A stretch of DNA of 60,370 bases, filler included, from Hausera hauseri (lineage: Eukaryota): the NCBI GenBank assembly GCA_046269625.1. It is 11 parts of 11 records of this genome, joined end to end, with 100 filler letters (N's around TTAATTAATTAA, not from the genome) between each part and the next. Parts side by side here need not be neighbours in the genome. Positions count along the whole stretch, not along the records: positions 19,015 to 28,548 come from JBJURY010346601.1; positions 28,649 to 34,135 come from JBJURY010244292.1; positions 34,236 to 38,453 come from JBJURY010694104.1; 8 more parts are not named here. One strand, written 5' to 3'. A program made the translations under genes and the position numbers. Position 1 is the first letter of the stretch, and every line of letters begins with the position of its first letter. The notes below the pieces were generated by a model. That model was given only the letters and a program-made list of their open reading frames with translations, ran no database searches and was not told where the DNA came from. This document shows positions 27,095 through 38,553 of this stretch, piece after piece.

Positions 27095-28548
27095 AGTAAA
27101 GGGAAAGTTATGAAAACGGATACCGGACAGCCTAGGATCGACGGACCGCGATCTATCCTAGAGCGAGAACAATGTAGTATCGTGAAATAGTTAAAACGCC
27201 GACTTAGTATCGACGAGTTCCTGCAGAATTATGCTACCGTTTTCCTTCCCACTTCCAAATCGATATATCGAGAAATTCAGAACGAATTGCATGAGAAAAC
27301 CTTCGTGAAGTATGATCAAACCAGTAAAATTCCTAACAATTTAAAGGGTACAACGGAAGAAAATATGATTGTTTACCTTTACGCCATGAGAAAAGACAAG
27401 GTTGCCCGAGCATACTCACTGAAACAGATGATCACGTACGAATTACATCAGAATATTTATATCTACCTGGAAGGTGGTTAGATATACTATCGGTTCAAAG
27501 ACCAAGAATCGAACACAAACAACGGAACACAATACAGATTTAGTACCCTTAGCTTACGGAGCGAAGATTTACAGCATTATGAACTAGAATTCCGAGTAGC
27601 CGCCCTTCCCTTGAATATAATGTTCGAGGTAACGTACGACGATTACCCCTATATCAAACTGCCACCCTTGAAATTTCATCAGCAGCCGTCAAGCAAGGAC
27701 TTGGACGCATTCTTACAATCTTATAGACTAGTGCAAGACGCCAGAAATACGAGAATCATAGCAATCAATTGCGGAGAAGAAGATGACGCGAAAAGAATTC
27801 CAATGGAAGTTTCAATTCGAGAAACGAACGGAACGGAAGTATAATGTACGATTATTAGCCAGAGAAAACTCGTTCTTGAGACATACTACGATACGACAGC
27901 AATTCGCAAGGAAACACTCTCGAAAGGTAGAGACATCAAACTTGTCCAAGTTGAGTTGGAACAATGTTTACACGGATATATCCTAGTTGGATATAGCATC
28001 GATAAGATTGTCGAACTCTTGGAGATACAGATTTCAAGCATCGTAAGAATGCGGGAAATAGGGACACTTCCAATAGTTGCCGAACAAACTAAGCTGACAT
28101 TGCGAAAAAGAGGTTACTCTATGCCAAAGGTTATGGATGAATACTTCAAGATAATGGTTGATGGTATGAACAGTAAACATGTTAAAATTAACAAATTGTT
28201 GACCGAAAGCCAGCGTACTTAATACTTGCGTGACATTTATGTAACTTTAAAATGGGACCATGAATGGATACCTGATAAACCAGAACAAAATTTGCGAAGT
28301 TCCTCGGAACCAGAAAGTATAAACAAAAGTTATCGAAAACAGTACCGTCAATATTCCCCATGTAGAATCGTTGAACCTATAGGACAGGATGATATAAAGA
28401 TAACCATTAGGAAATCCGATCAACCATGTGTCAATATGCCCAACACCAGTTATGGTTCCCACGTCAAACCAATTCCAGAAATGAACTGTACAATAGACGC
28501 AATAGATACATTTAAAATGCCCCAAATTTCAGTGAAAAAGCAGAAAGC
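27092..28548 (+). pseudogene. Accessory ORF with a DEDDh (REX4/ISG20-like) exonuclease-fold domain
   Basis: ORFs 27287, 27611, 27956 and 28226 are all in frame with ATG 27092. IIAINCG..PMEVSIRETNGTEV..T.ISQR...YDTT.I...VQVELEQCLHGYILVGYSI...MREI follows the REX4 pattern. Confidence 0.6.
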
Positions 28549-28739
28549 NNNNNNNNNNNNNNNNNNNNNNNNNNNNNNNNNNNNNNNNNNNNTTAATTAA
28601 TTAANNNNNNNNNNNNNNNNNNNNNNNNNNNNNNNNNNNNNNNNNNNNCTGGCGATTCAAACAAAGAAGAAGCTGGGTCAGAATTGATATGCGTAATCTA
28701 ACGAACCCGTTAGATACGGACAACCTCAGCTGACGATTA

Positions 28740-30170
28740 ATGTCAGGGATTGCAGCATACTCAACCCTAATTAAAAAGATAACCAAACAACAGCGGGTTA
28801 CCTTGAACTCCAGAGATAATAGTAGCGAAACCACAACGATTACCTCCATAAGTTGTCTGATAACCGTTGTGTTGTGTTTAAGCATAGTGATAAATGACGT
28901 ATTGACTTTCATTTTTGCAGCCTCAGCAGAAACTTTCCATCAGATTCAGACAATCAGTCGATCCAAACAATGGTACAGTAATGTGAAAAACCATATAATA
29001 AATGCCAATTAATCCAACCAATACCATGTGTTTCACAAAGACTATATGATCAGCCTTAATTACCCCCAGACTCAGAATATTCCAAATAATTTGAAAAGAT
29101 ATAGTATGGCTAACCAATCCCTCGGCGTAATGCAGATTACCAAGGCCACCTCATTTCTTTTAACCGACATAATAATTCTGCTAGACCGATTCCATTCCAT
29201 GAACCTGTATGGTATTGTTTACCAACTCCAAGTAAAAACGACAGACAGAAAAACATCTTTTAGAGGAGATTTAATCAATTTTGATCCGGAGCATGGTCTT
29301 GCTTTTGACCACTCATTTCTTAAAAACAATATATGCAAAGTACGTTCCTGCACTAATGGCGTAATACTGGCATTAGAAATAATCAAAAACGAAAAGTTTT
29401 ACTCAAGCCTTCTAGAAGGAAGATGTTTTAACCTTCCAGAGCTGGATTACGTCAAATATAAAAACATTCCTTTCCGGAGATTGGATAAAATTACAGATAA
29501 AGATATGGTCATAGCAGCCGTCAATTTGGCCTATGACCAGTGGAATCAGCTTCAACCTATTGAAGCCTTAGTTATGGCCCTGAATGGAGACACCCTACTT
29601 TATGGAATAATTACTCCGAGGCAGCGTATTAATAACTTTGATACGCATATAACAGGCCTCACCGAATCTAACATAAACAACCAAATGGATCCAATGGATT
29701 TTTACCGAAAAGCGGCCGAAGGTATAACTGACAAGATTGTAATCGGAGCCGACGTGATTGAAATGGTTATAAACCATTTCAAGTGTCCAATCGGACGGAT
29801 AGCTGGAGTTAGCGATATTTTATATCACGAGAATGTTATCCGTTGGTATCAATTAGCAACCAACACCTATAAAGAGTTAGCTCGGAGGTTTTATGATACG
29901 AAGGGCTTCTCTCTTCAAAGCACTGCCCTAGCTCAGCGTTATTAGTCGATGTACAATCAAATGAAATGGACAGACGAGTACATTACTCAGAGTTTGACCT
30001 CCGATACGGTGCGAACAGCACCAAAGGCGTCTCAATGTGAAAGGAAGCGAGAAGTCCAGTTGGACGAAACAGTCATATTGGACGATGAAATCTACAAACC
30101 CGAGGCAATTCGACATAAATCCAGAACAACGGACAAGTATATCCACATGCCTTTAGTGCTCGATCAATGA
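28740..30170 (+). pseudogene. Divergent homolog of the DEDDh-fold accessory ORF
   Basis: One frame with two stops. YPQTQNIPNNLK matches YDQTSKIPNNLK. MALNGDTLLYGIITPRQRINNFDTHITGLTESNI, KIVIG and VSDI follow the DEDDh fold. Confidence 0.65.
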
Positions 30171-30680
30171 TAAATTCGGGGCAATTTCTTTCAACCCCTG
30201 TCGAATTGTTAAAGACTTTGAATAGACCTCCGGTAATGCTTGACTTTTTTTTCCGGGTACTACTATCTCTGATTGTGGGGGTATTATAATATCTTTTGTC
30301 AGTGAGACCTTTTCTCTGCATCGATCTTCATCAAATGTCTTTAACTGACTTGTTCTTACGTCTATGTATGCGTTTTCTAATTGGTTTAATACATCACACC
30401 CAATTAAGATTTCATTAGTCAAATTGTCGGCTATGCTTATAGTGCGTTGCAGAGTTTGTTTGCCGATTTTAATTTTTGCGTCCAGAACCATCTTGATTTC
30501 TTCTTCTGTACCGAACGCTCCTACGTTTATTAATGTAGTAGTCAGTCTTCATAACTTCCTTTTCAACTCTTTGGGTAATTGACTTCTTCCCATTATTGTT
30601 GTTGTAGATCCAGTGTCTAATAAAGCCGTCATAGGGTATCCATTTACCTCTATTTCTATTTCTGGCCTTATAGGTGATTG
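30153..30680 (-). pseudogene. pol: Retropepsin aspartic protease and start of the following spacer; pol truncated
   Basis: IRPEIEIEVNGYPMTALLDTGSTTTI, ILIGCDVL, IIIPPQSEIVV. Confidence 0.9.
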
Positions 30681-32917
30681 TTCGCGTTTTTTATCATCAG
30701 TTCTGCACGTCGACTCACGCTGATAAGGTCTTACATCTTCCTCAAAATTTTGTTGCATCTGGTGTACTTGATGCATTGGGTATAATCCTGTATGTACCAC
30801 ATATCGTGGAGCTGAAGGATTTACTAAAAGTTGCTCGTTATATAGTTGCCTATGATATTTATCTACGGGATCTAGATGGGGTAAATCCATCACGAGCTTA
30901 TGCCTATATTTAGGCTTTCGTGTCTTCAACACTAGTTGTTTAATGCCAGGTACTTGTTTGTATTTCGTTTTTATCTTCACTTGATCATAGTTGGTATTAT
31001 CATTGTCAGGTATACTATACAGAGATTCTTTCGTGTCTCTCTTTTGTAATGTCTTTTTCTTCCATCGTGTATCATGCTTTGCTAGAAAACAGCTTGCTAC
31101 GACCGGTATTACAGCTATTAAGATCTTCCAGGGGCATTCTACTGCTGCGTGTATCCCATATGCTTTACCTAATGCCGTAAATACTGTCCGAATGGAGCTA
31201 ATAATAAAATATATAGCTAGAAAATCAGAAGCTGCTTGTCCGCAATATAGGAACTTTCCCCATATCTTTTCCATAACGTTTTTTGTTACCTTCTTTAGGT
31301 AATCATTACCTATAGGGTTCTCCCATTGTGGTGATCCTTCACCGTCTCACATTACTCTCCGTGTTAGGTCGGTTGTTACTCGTTGTCTTTGTTGCTGGAA
31401 CAACAGCATCCGTCGATAGTCGTCTAAATTTTGTTGGGTATAATTCCTCCCTGTGATATTCTTGTTAATGGTTCGAACTTCTGATTCCTTTGTAAGTTAA
31501 TCAAACTCAATGTCTCCGGTTTGGACACTGGTTCTCTTTTCGGCATTCTTATCGATTTATCGTTATCAATCTTGAACATCGGTGGCATATTAAAAGTACA
31601 GTTGTATAATGGAGTGGGCTTTACATTAATATCTAGCAATATTCTCGTCACTGGCATAACATATCGGGCTTCTGAGTGATAAACGACAGGTAGTTCCATT
31701 GCACATTTGTCTGTTGGTCTAATTGATACTTCCACCTTTTTACATTCTATTGTTATCAACACGTCGCCCATCACTCTTCCAATAACTCCGTCGCCGAAGG
31801 GCAATACTGGCGCTACCATATCTGGGTTTGTTATCACCAATGCCATTTTACTACGAATTATTTCATAGTTCTGCTTACATTCGTTCATTATTATTTCCCG
31901 ATATAAACCCGTAATTTCTTTCCTTACGTAATTAATCAGAAAATCGATCTTATTATTGAAATATTGTGTTAACTTGATATCTTTTTTATCTATTTTAGTT
32001 TTTGCTCCGAGTATTTCTTTCCTCGATAAGAAAATACCTTTATAGTTGGTTCTCGATATTTCTTCACTGCACTTGTTTACTATTCCGGTGATTTTGAATC
32101 GCGTCATTTCTTCTGGGTTTTCTGAATATACAATTGTGGCCACTTCCGTCATCTTGACTTTCTTTGTTCCTTCTTTATATGTCGCTGTCTCTTTTTCCGC
32201 TATTTTTTCTACCGTTTTGTTAAACTTCCCTTTCTTTAACAGTGTCAACTGGCATTTACTTGCTAGAGTCTCCTATGTCATTTTTGACTCTTCTGTATCA
32301 CATTCGCCATTATCGTATTCACAGTCACTCAGTCGTCATTAACTTTGTTTGCAAATTGAATAATCCTTCATATTCTTTTAATTGTATCTTATAATCTTCT
32401 ATAGCCACTGTTCTTGGTGCAATGGTGCCTCCGACATCATAATCCACTCCTTTACAGGTGCCTTCCATCGTTTTATCTATCCTTCCTGCCCTAAAAATCC
32501 TTGTGTACTTTATTCTGTTCCTTACTGTCGGTATGTGTGCGTTTTGTATAGTTATGATGCCGATCTTAGAAGCATCCTGACATTACGCTCGTGATATTAT
32601 TATTGGCTCAAAACGTGTTGTAGGCTCAATTATGGCCGAGTTTCCTGAATAGTAAATTAAACGGAAAAAAACGATCTTTTCACATAACATTCCCTAATTT
32701 TCGTTTTTATGAATTCAGATTCTTGGTACACCAAATGTGTAAGACCACTAGTAGTTGTTAACTGTTCTGGATCAGCTTCTGGGCATTTTTCTAAGTCAAC
32801 TGGAGAATACTTTTGTCCTTTACTGGGTTTAGAACAATCATGCGCCACTATACCTACGGCTTTCTGCATCAGCAATGATGTTATTCATAGAATTTTAAGA
32901 ATCTCCATTACCGACAT
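30681..32917 (-). pseudogene. env: Chuvirus/gB-like envelope glycoprotein copy 2; TM and tail are in the same ORF as the protease
   Basis: MSVMEILKIL.ITSLLMQKAVGIVAHDC, RVMGDVLITIECKKVEV, CAMELPVVY, KIWGKFLYCGQAASDFLAIYFII. ORF 30549-31274 runs from the TM to DTGS without a stop. Confidence 0.87.
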
Positions 32918-32929
32918 GTCTGTTATGCC

Positions 32930-34135
32930 TTATCTAGAAGTGATTGGTTGTGTCCCAACTGGTTTATCTATTACTCTTTCTTGTTCTTCTGTCCTGGTTA
33001 TGTTAGTCGTCAAGATATTCAGCCATCCACCCCTACATTGAGCCTAATTTCCCAGCGTATCTTTCAAAATCTTCACGACTATCTTTATGTATCGTTCAAT
33101 TTCGTGTAAATTTTGGGTCTGATGATTAATTACTATTATCTTATATAGCAAATAAGATATAGCCGTTTGAGCTTTCTCTCAAATAATTCCTGTTTACGAA
33201 TATCTTTTCCAAAATATCCAACTAATGTAATTTATTTACTCGTTCTTCCTCTAAATTCTCATAAAATTGTCTACTTATTCGCAGCATGCTATTTCGTAAT
33301 GTAGTGAATACTTTATCTGGAATTATTACTTGCATGTCAAATGAGGCAAATGATGTATGTAGCTTAGCCAATAACGTTCTTAGTAAGGGATCTGCGTTTA
33401 CCGCTTCGGGGGTATCGTTTGGTCCTGCTAGTAATAAACGTCTTACTATTTCGTCATTTCTATTTTTCCTGTTGCGAATGTCACTTATTGTCGTTCCTCT
33501 CGGCCTACCTGTTCTCGTGGCTTCCGTCTGAACCGTGACGTCTTGTGTATCACCCGTATCCTGCGGTTCAATTTCTCTTACGACATTTTCCACTGTTGCT
33601 TGTGCTCTTGCTTCTGGATATACTTCAGTTATATTTACCGGATTATAGTTCTCACTTCTGCATCAAATTCTCAGCAATTTGCCGTAACTATATAGTGTCC
33701 TTCCGCAATAACTTAATTCATAAAGACTGCCTTGATAAAATGGTTCCAGCTCCTCTATCTTTTCTCGTAAGGTTTGTATGTCACAGGTTTCGTTCATCCT
33801 GATGACCCTCATATCTTGATTTCCTTCTCTCATCGTTATCCTGATAGCTTTATTTCTTCTTTTTTTTTCTTCAGCAGCTTTGGCTAACACAGTTCTGGCT
33901 ATTTCTCTCACAGGACTGATAACTTGGGCTAATAATACCAACTGAGGTAAAATTTCATTCATTCTTTCTACCGTTACATTACTGCTGAATATCTTCAATA
34001 TCGTAGTAGTTGTTTTATCTACATTAACTGTATTATTACTATCAATGGACATTACAGCTTGTATAACATCATCTTCTTCATCTAAGTCTACACCGGGATT
34101 CTTTATTACTTGGTCCAATATCGTGGCATCGAAAA
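32930..34135 (-). pseudogene. Pre-env ORF with ubiquitin-like domain and AT-hook-like GRPRG
   Basis: IRITMREGNQDMRVIRMNETCDIQTLREKIEEL....LYELSYCGRTL..YGKL, then RTGRPRG. Same order as in copy 1. Confidence 0.6.
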
Positions 34136-34235
34136 NNNNNNNNNNNNNNNNNNNNNNNNNNNNNNNNNNNNNNNNNNNNTTAATTAATTAANNNNNNNNN
34201 NNNNNNNNNNNNNNNNNNNNNNNNNNNNNNNNNNN

Positions 34236-37200
34236 TGGACTGACACGGTTCGGGACACCTGCGTATTAGGACTCACCGCAATGAGTTGAGTCGGAAAATA
34301 TTCAAGAGTGACACAGTTCCGGACTTCTGATTATTCGGAATCACCTCAGTGATTTGAGTCTGAAACGATTTTGAATGACCCGGTTCCGGACACCTGCGTA
34401 TTAGAACTCACCGCAGTGAGTTGAGTGGGAAAAATTTTAGACCAACTCAGTTTCTGACGCCTCAATATCCGGAATCACCGAAATGAGTTGTGCCGGAAAA
34501 ATTTTTGAGTGACCCAGTTCCGCACACCTACCTCATGGGAATCGCCGAAATTAGCTGCGTCGGAAAAAAATTTAGGACTGACCCAGTTTCAAACACTTGA
34601 ATATTTCGACTCACCGCAATGAGTTGAGTGGGAAAAATTTTTATACCTTCAATGTTTCCGATGCTTCCATATTCGGACTTATTGCAATGAGCGGAGTCAA
34701 AAGAAATTTTGGATTGACCCAGATCCGGACACTTGCATATTCGGACTCACCGCAATGAGTTGAGTCGGAAAAAATTTTGGACTGACCCAGTTTCAAACAC
34801 TTGAATATTTGGACTCAGCTCAATGAGATGAGTCGGAAAAAATTTTGGACTGATCCAGTTCCGGACATCTGCAAATTCGGACTCACCTCAATGAGTTGAG
34901 TCTGAAAAAATATTCGATTAACGCAGTTCCGGACACCTGCATATTTGGAATCACCGAAATGATTTGAGTCGGAAAAAATTTGGACTGAACCGCTTCCGGA
35001 CGCCTGGATATTTGGACTCACTTCAATGAGTTGAGTGAGAAAAAATTTTGGACTGGCCCGGTTCCGGACACGTGTTTATTAGGACTCACCGTAATAAGTT
35101 GAGTGGGAAAAAATTTTAGACCAACCCAGTTTCGGACGCCTGCATATTCGGACTCACTGCAATGAGTTGAATCGGAAGAAACTTTGCATAGACCGAATTT
35201 CGATCACCGGCATATTCGGACTCACCACAATAAGCTGCGTCGGAAAAAAATTTGGACTGACCCAGTTTCAAACACTTGAATATTTGGACTCAGGTCAATG
35301 CGATGAGTCTGGAAAAATTTTTGGCTGACACGGTTCCGGACACCTGCATATTCGGAATAACCTCAAATATTTGAGTCTAAAAATGTTTTTCACTAACACG
35401 GATCCAAACACCTGCATATTTGGAGTCACCGCAATGAGATGAGTCGGAAAAAAATTTGGACTGACCCAGTTTTAGACATCTGCATATTTGGACTCACCTC
35501 GATGATATGAGTCGGAAAAACTTTTGGACTGACACGGTTCCGGACACCAGCGTATTTGGATTTACATATATGATGAGTGCGAAAAAATTTCGGAAATACC
35601 CTGTTCCGGACACATGCTTATTTGGACTCATCTTAATGAGTTCAGTGAGAAAAAATTTTAGAACAACTCAGTTTCGGACGCTTCCATATTCGGACTCACG
35701 GCAATGAGTTGAATCGGAAGAAATTTGGGACTAACACAGTTCCGGACACCTGCATATTCGGACACACAGCAATGAGTTGAGTATGAAAAATTTTAGACCA
35801 ACCCAGTTCCGCACATCTGCATATTCCGACTCAGCGAAATGAGTTGAGTCGGAAAAAATTTTGGACGGACCCAGTTCCGGACACCTGCGTATTCGCATTC
35901 ACTTGAATGAGTTGAGTCTGAAAAAATTTCGGACTGACCTAGTTCCGGACACATGCATATTCGGACTCAGCGAAATGAGTTGAGTCGGAAAAAATTTTAG
36001 AGCGACCCGTTCCGGACAACTGCATAATCGGAGTCACCGAAATGAGCTGCGTCGGAAAAAATTTGCACTGACCCAGTTTCAGACACATGCGTATTTGGAC
36101 TCACCTCAATGTGTTGAGTGAGAGAAAATTTTAGACCAACCCAGTTTCGGACGCCTCCATATTCGAACTTACCGCAACGAGTTGAATCGGAAGAAATTTG
36201 GGACTAACACAGTTCCGGACATCTGCATATTCCGACTCACCTCAATGAGTTGAGTCGAAAAAAATTTCGGATTGATGCAGTTCCGGATACCTGCATATTC
36301 GGACTCAGCGCAATGAGTTGAGTGGGAAAAAATTTTGGACTGACCCCGTTCCGGACACCTGCGTATTCGCATTCACTTGAATGAGTTGATTCTGAAAAAA
36401 TTTTTGGCTGACACGGTTCAGGACACCTGCATATTCGGAATCACCGCAATGATTTGGGTCGGAAAAAATTTTTCACTGACCCAGATCCGGACACCTGCAT
36501 ATCCTCACTCACCGCAATGAGCTGCCACAGAAAAATATTTGGACTGACCCAGTTTCAGACACTTGCATATTTGTACTCACCTTAATGAAATGAGTCGAAA
36601 AAAATTTTGGACCTACACGGTTCCGGACACGTACGTATTTGGGTTCACCGCAATGAGTTGAGTGGGAAAAATTTTTAGCCAAAATCAGTTCCGGACGCTT
36701 CCATATTCGGACTCACGGCAATGAGTTGAATCGGAAGAAATTTTGGACTCACATACTTCCGGACACCGGCGCATTTGGACTTACCAAAATGAGTTGAGTC
36801 GGAAAATATTTTGGACTGACCCTGTTCCGGACACCTGCATATTTGGAATCACCGCAATGAAGTGTGTCGGAAAAAATTTTGGACTCACCCACTTCCGGAC
36901 ACCTTCATATTCGGACTCACCAAAATGAGTTGAGTCGGAAAAAATTTTGGACTGACCTAGTTCAGGACACCTGCATATTTGGAATCACCGTTACGAGTTG
37001 AGTCGGAAAAAATTTTGGACTGACCCAGTTCCGGACACCTGCAACATCGGAATCACCGAAATTAGCTGAGTGGGAAAAAATTTGGACTGACCCAGTTCCG
37101 GACACCTGCATATTCGGACTCACCGTTATGAGTTGCGTCGGAAAATATTTTGGACTGACCCACTTCCGGACACCTTCATATTCGGACTTACCGAAATGAG

Positions 37201-38453
37201 TTGAATCGAAAAAAATTTTGGTTTGACCCCGTTTCGGACATCTGCATATTTGCATTCACTTGAATGGGTTGAGTCTGAAAACATTTGTGGCTGACACGGT
37301 TCCGGATAACTGCATATTCGGAGTCACCTCAATGATTTGAGTGAGAAAATAATTTTGGACTGACACGGTTCGGGACACCTGCGTATTAGGACTCACCGCA
37401 ATGAGTTGAGTCGGAAAATATTCAAGAGTGACCCAGTTCCGGACACCTGCATAATCGGAGTCACCGAAATGAGTTAAATCTGAAGAAATTTGGGACTGAC
37501 ACAGTTCCGGAAACCTGCATATTCAGACTCACAACAATGAACTGCGTCGGAAAAAAATTTGGAGTGACACAGTTTCGGACACCTGCATATTCGGAATCAC
37601 CTCATTGATTTGAGTCTGAAAAAGTTTTTGACTGACACGGTTCCGGACAGCTGCTTATTTGCAATCACCGCAATGAGTTGATGGGGAAAAGACTTTGGAC
37701 TTACCCAGTTCCGGACACCTGCATATTTGCATTCACTTGAATGGGTTGAGTCTGAAAACATTTGTTGCTGACACGGTTTCGGATAACTGCATATTCGGAG
37801 TCACCTCAATGATTTGAGTCTGAGAAAGTTTTTAACTGACCCGGTTCCGAACACCTGCGTATTTGGACTCACCGCAATGAGTTGAGTGGGAAAAAATTTT
37901 AGACCAACTCAGTTTGGGACGCCTCCATATTTGGAGTTACAGCAATGAGTTGAATCGGAAGAAATTTGGGACTGACACAGATCCGGCCACCTGCATCATC
38001 GGAATCACCGAAATTAGATGCGTCGGAAAAATTTTTGGATTTGCACGATTCCGGACACCTGCGTGTTAGGACTCACCGCAGTGAGTTGAGGAGGAAAAAA
38101 TTTTAGACCAACTCAGTTTCGGACTCCTGCATATTTGGAATCACCTCAGTGATTTGAGTCTGAAACGATTTTGAATGACCTGGTTCCGGACACCTGCATA
38201 TTAGGACTCACCGCAATGAACTGCCTCGGTAGAAACATTTGGACTGACCCAGTTTCAGACACCTGCATATTTGGACTCACGTCAATGAGGTGAGTCGAAA
38301 AAAATTTTGGAATGACCCGGTTCCGGACACCTGCGAATTTGGACTCACCTCAATGATTTGAGTGAGAAAAAAATTTTGGACTGACACGGTTCGGGACACC
38401 TGCGTATTAGGACTCACCGCAATGAGTTGAGTCGGAAAATATTCAAGAGTGAC
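34236..38453. repeat. Satellite, 67-68-bp unit, about 62 diverged copies
   Basis: Consensus ggactgacccagttccggacacctgcatattcggactcaccgcaatgagttgagtcggaaaaaatttt. Unit starts at 37017, 37084 and 37152. Confidence 0.97.
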
Positions 38454-38553
38454 NNNNNNNNNNNNNNNNNNNNNNNNNNNNNNNNNNNNNNNNNNNNTTA
38501 ATTAATTAANNNNNNNNNNNNNNNNNNNNNNNNNNNNNNNNNNNNNNNNNNNN

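Larger units (their letters stand above)
19015..28548 (+). mobile_element. Enveloped Ty3/Gypsy-like retroelement copy 1 (pol-deleted): gag - Ubl/AT-hook ORF - env - FN3 membrane ORF - DEDDh-fold ORF
   Basis: Co-oriented decayed ORFs. The env is nearly collinear at nucleotide level with the pol-linked copy at 41900-43439. Confidence 0.8.

Noticed and set aside
27070-27125. Hammerhead-like CTGATGA...GAAA
   Set aside because: Stems I and III are weak, and the motif overlaps the ATG and first codons of the accessory ORF. A similar motif at ~22910 is inside coding sequence with a mismatched stem II.
34236-38453. CRISPR-like array, tRNA array or coding repeats in the satellite
   Set aside because: No unique spacers, no cas genes and no cloverleaf. 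The unit length is not a fixed multiple of 3, so the short ORFs are incidental.
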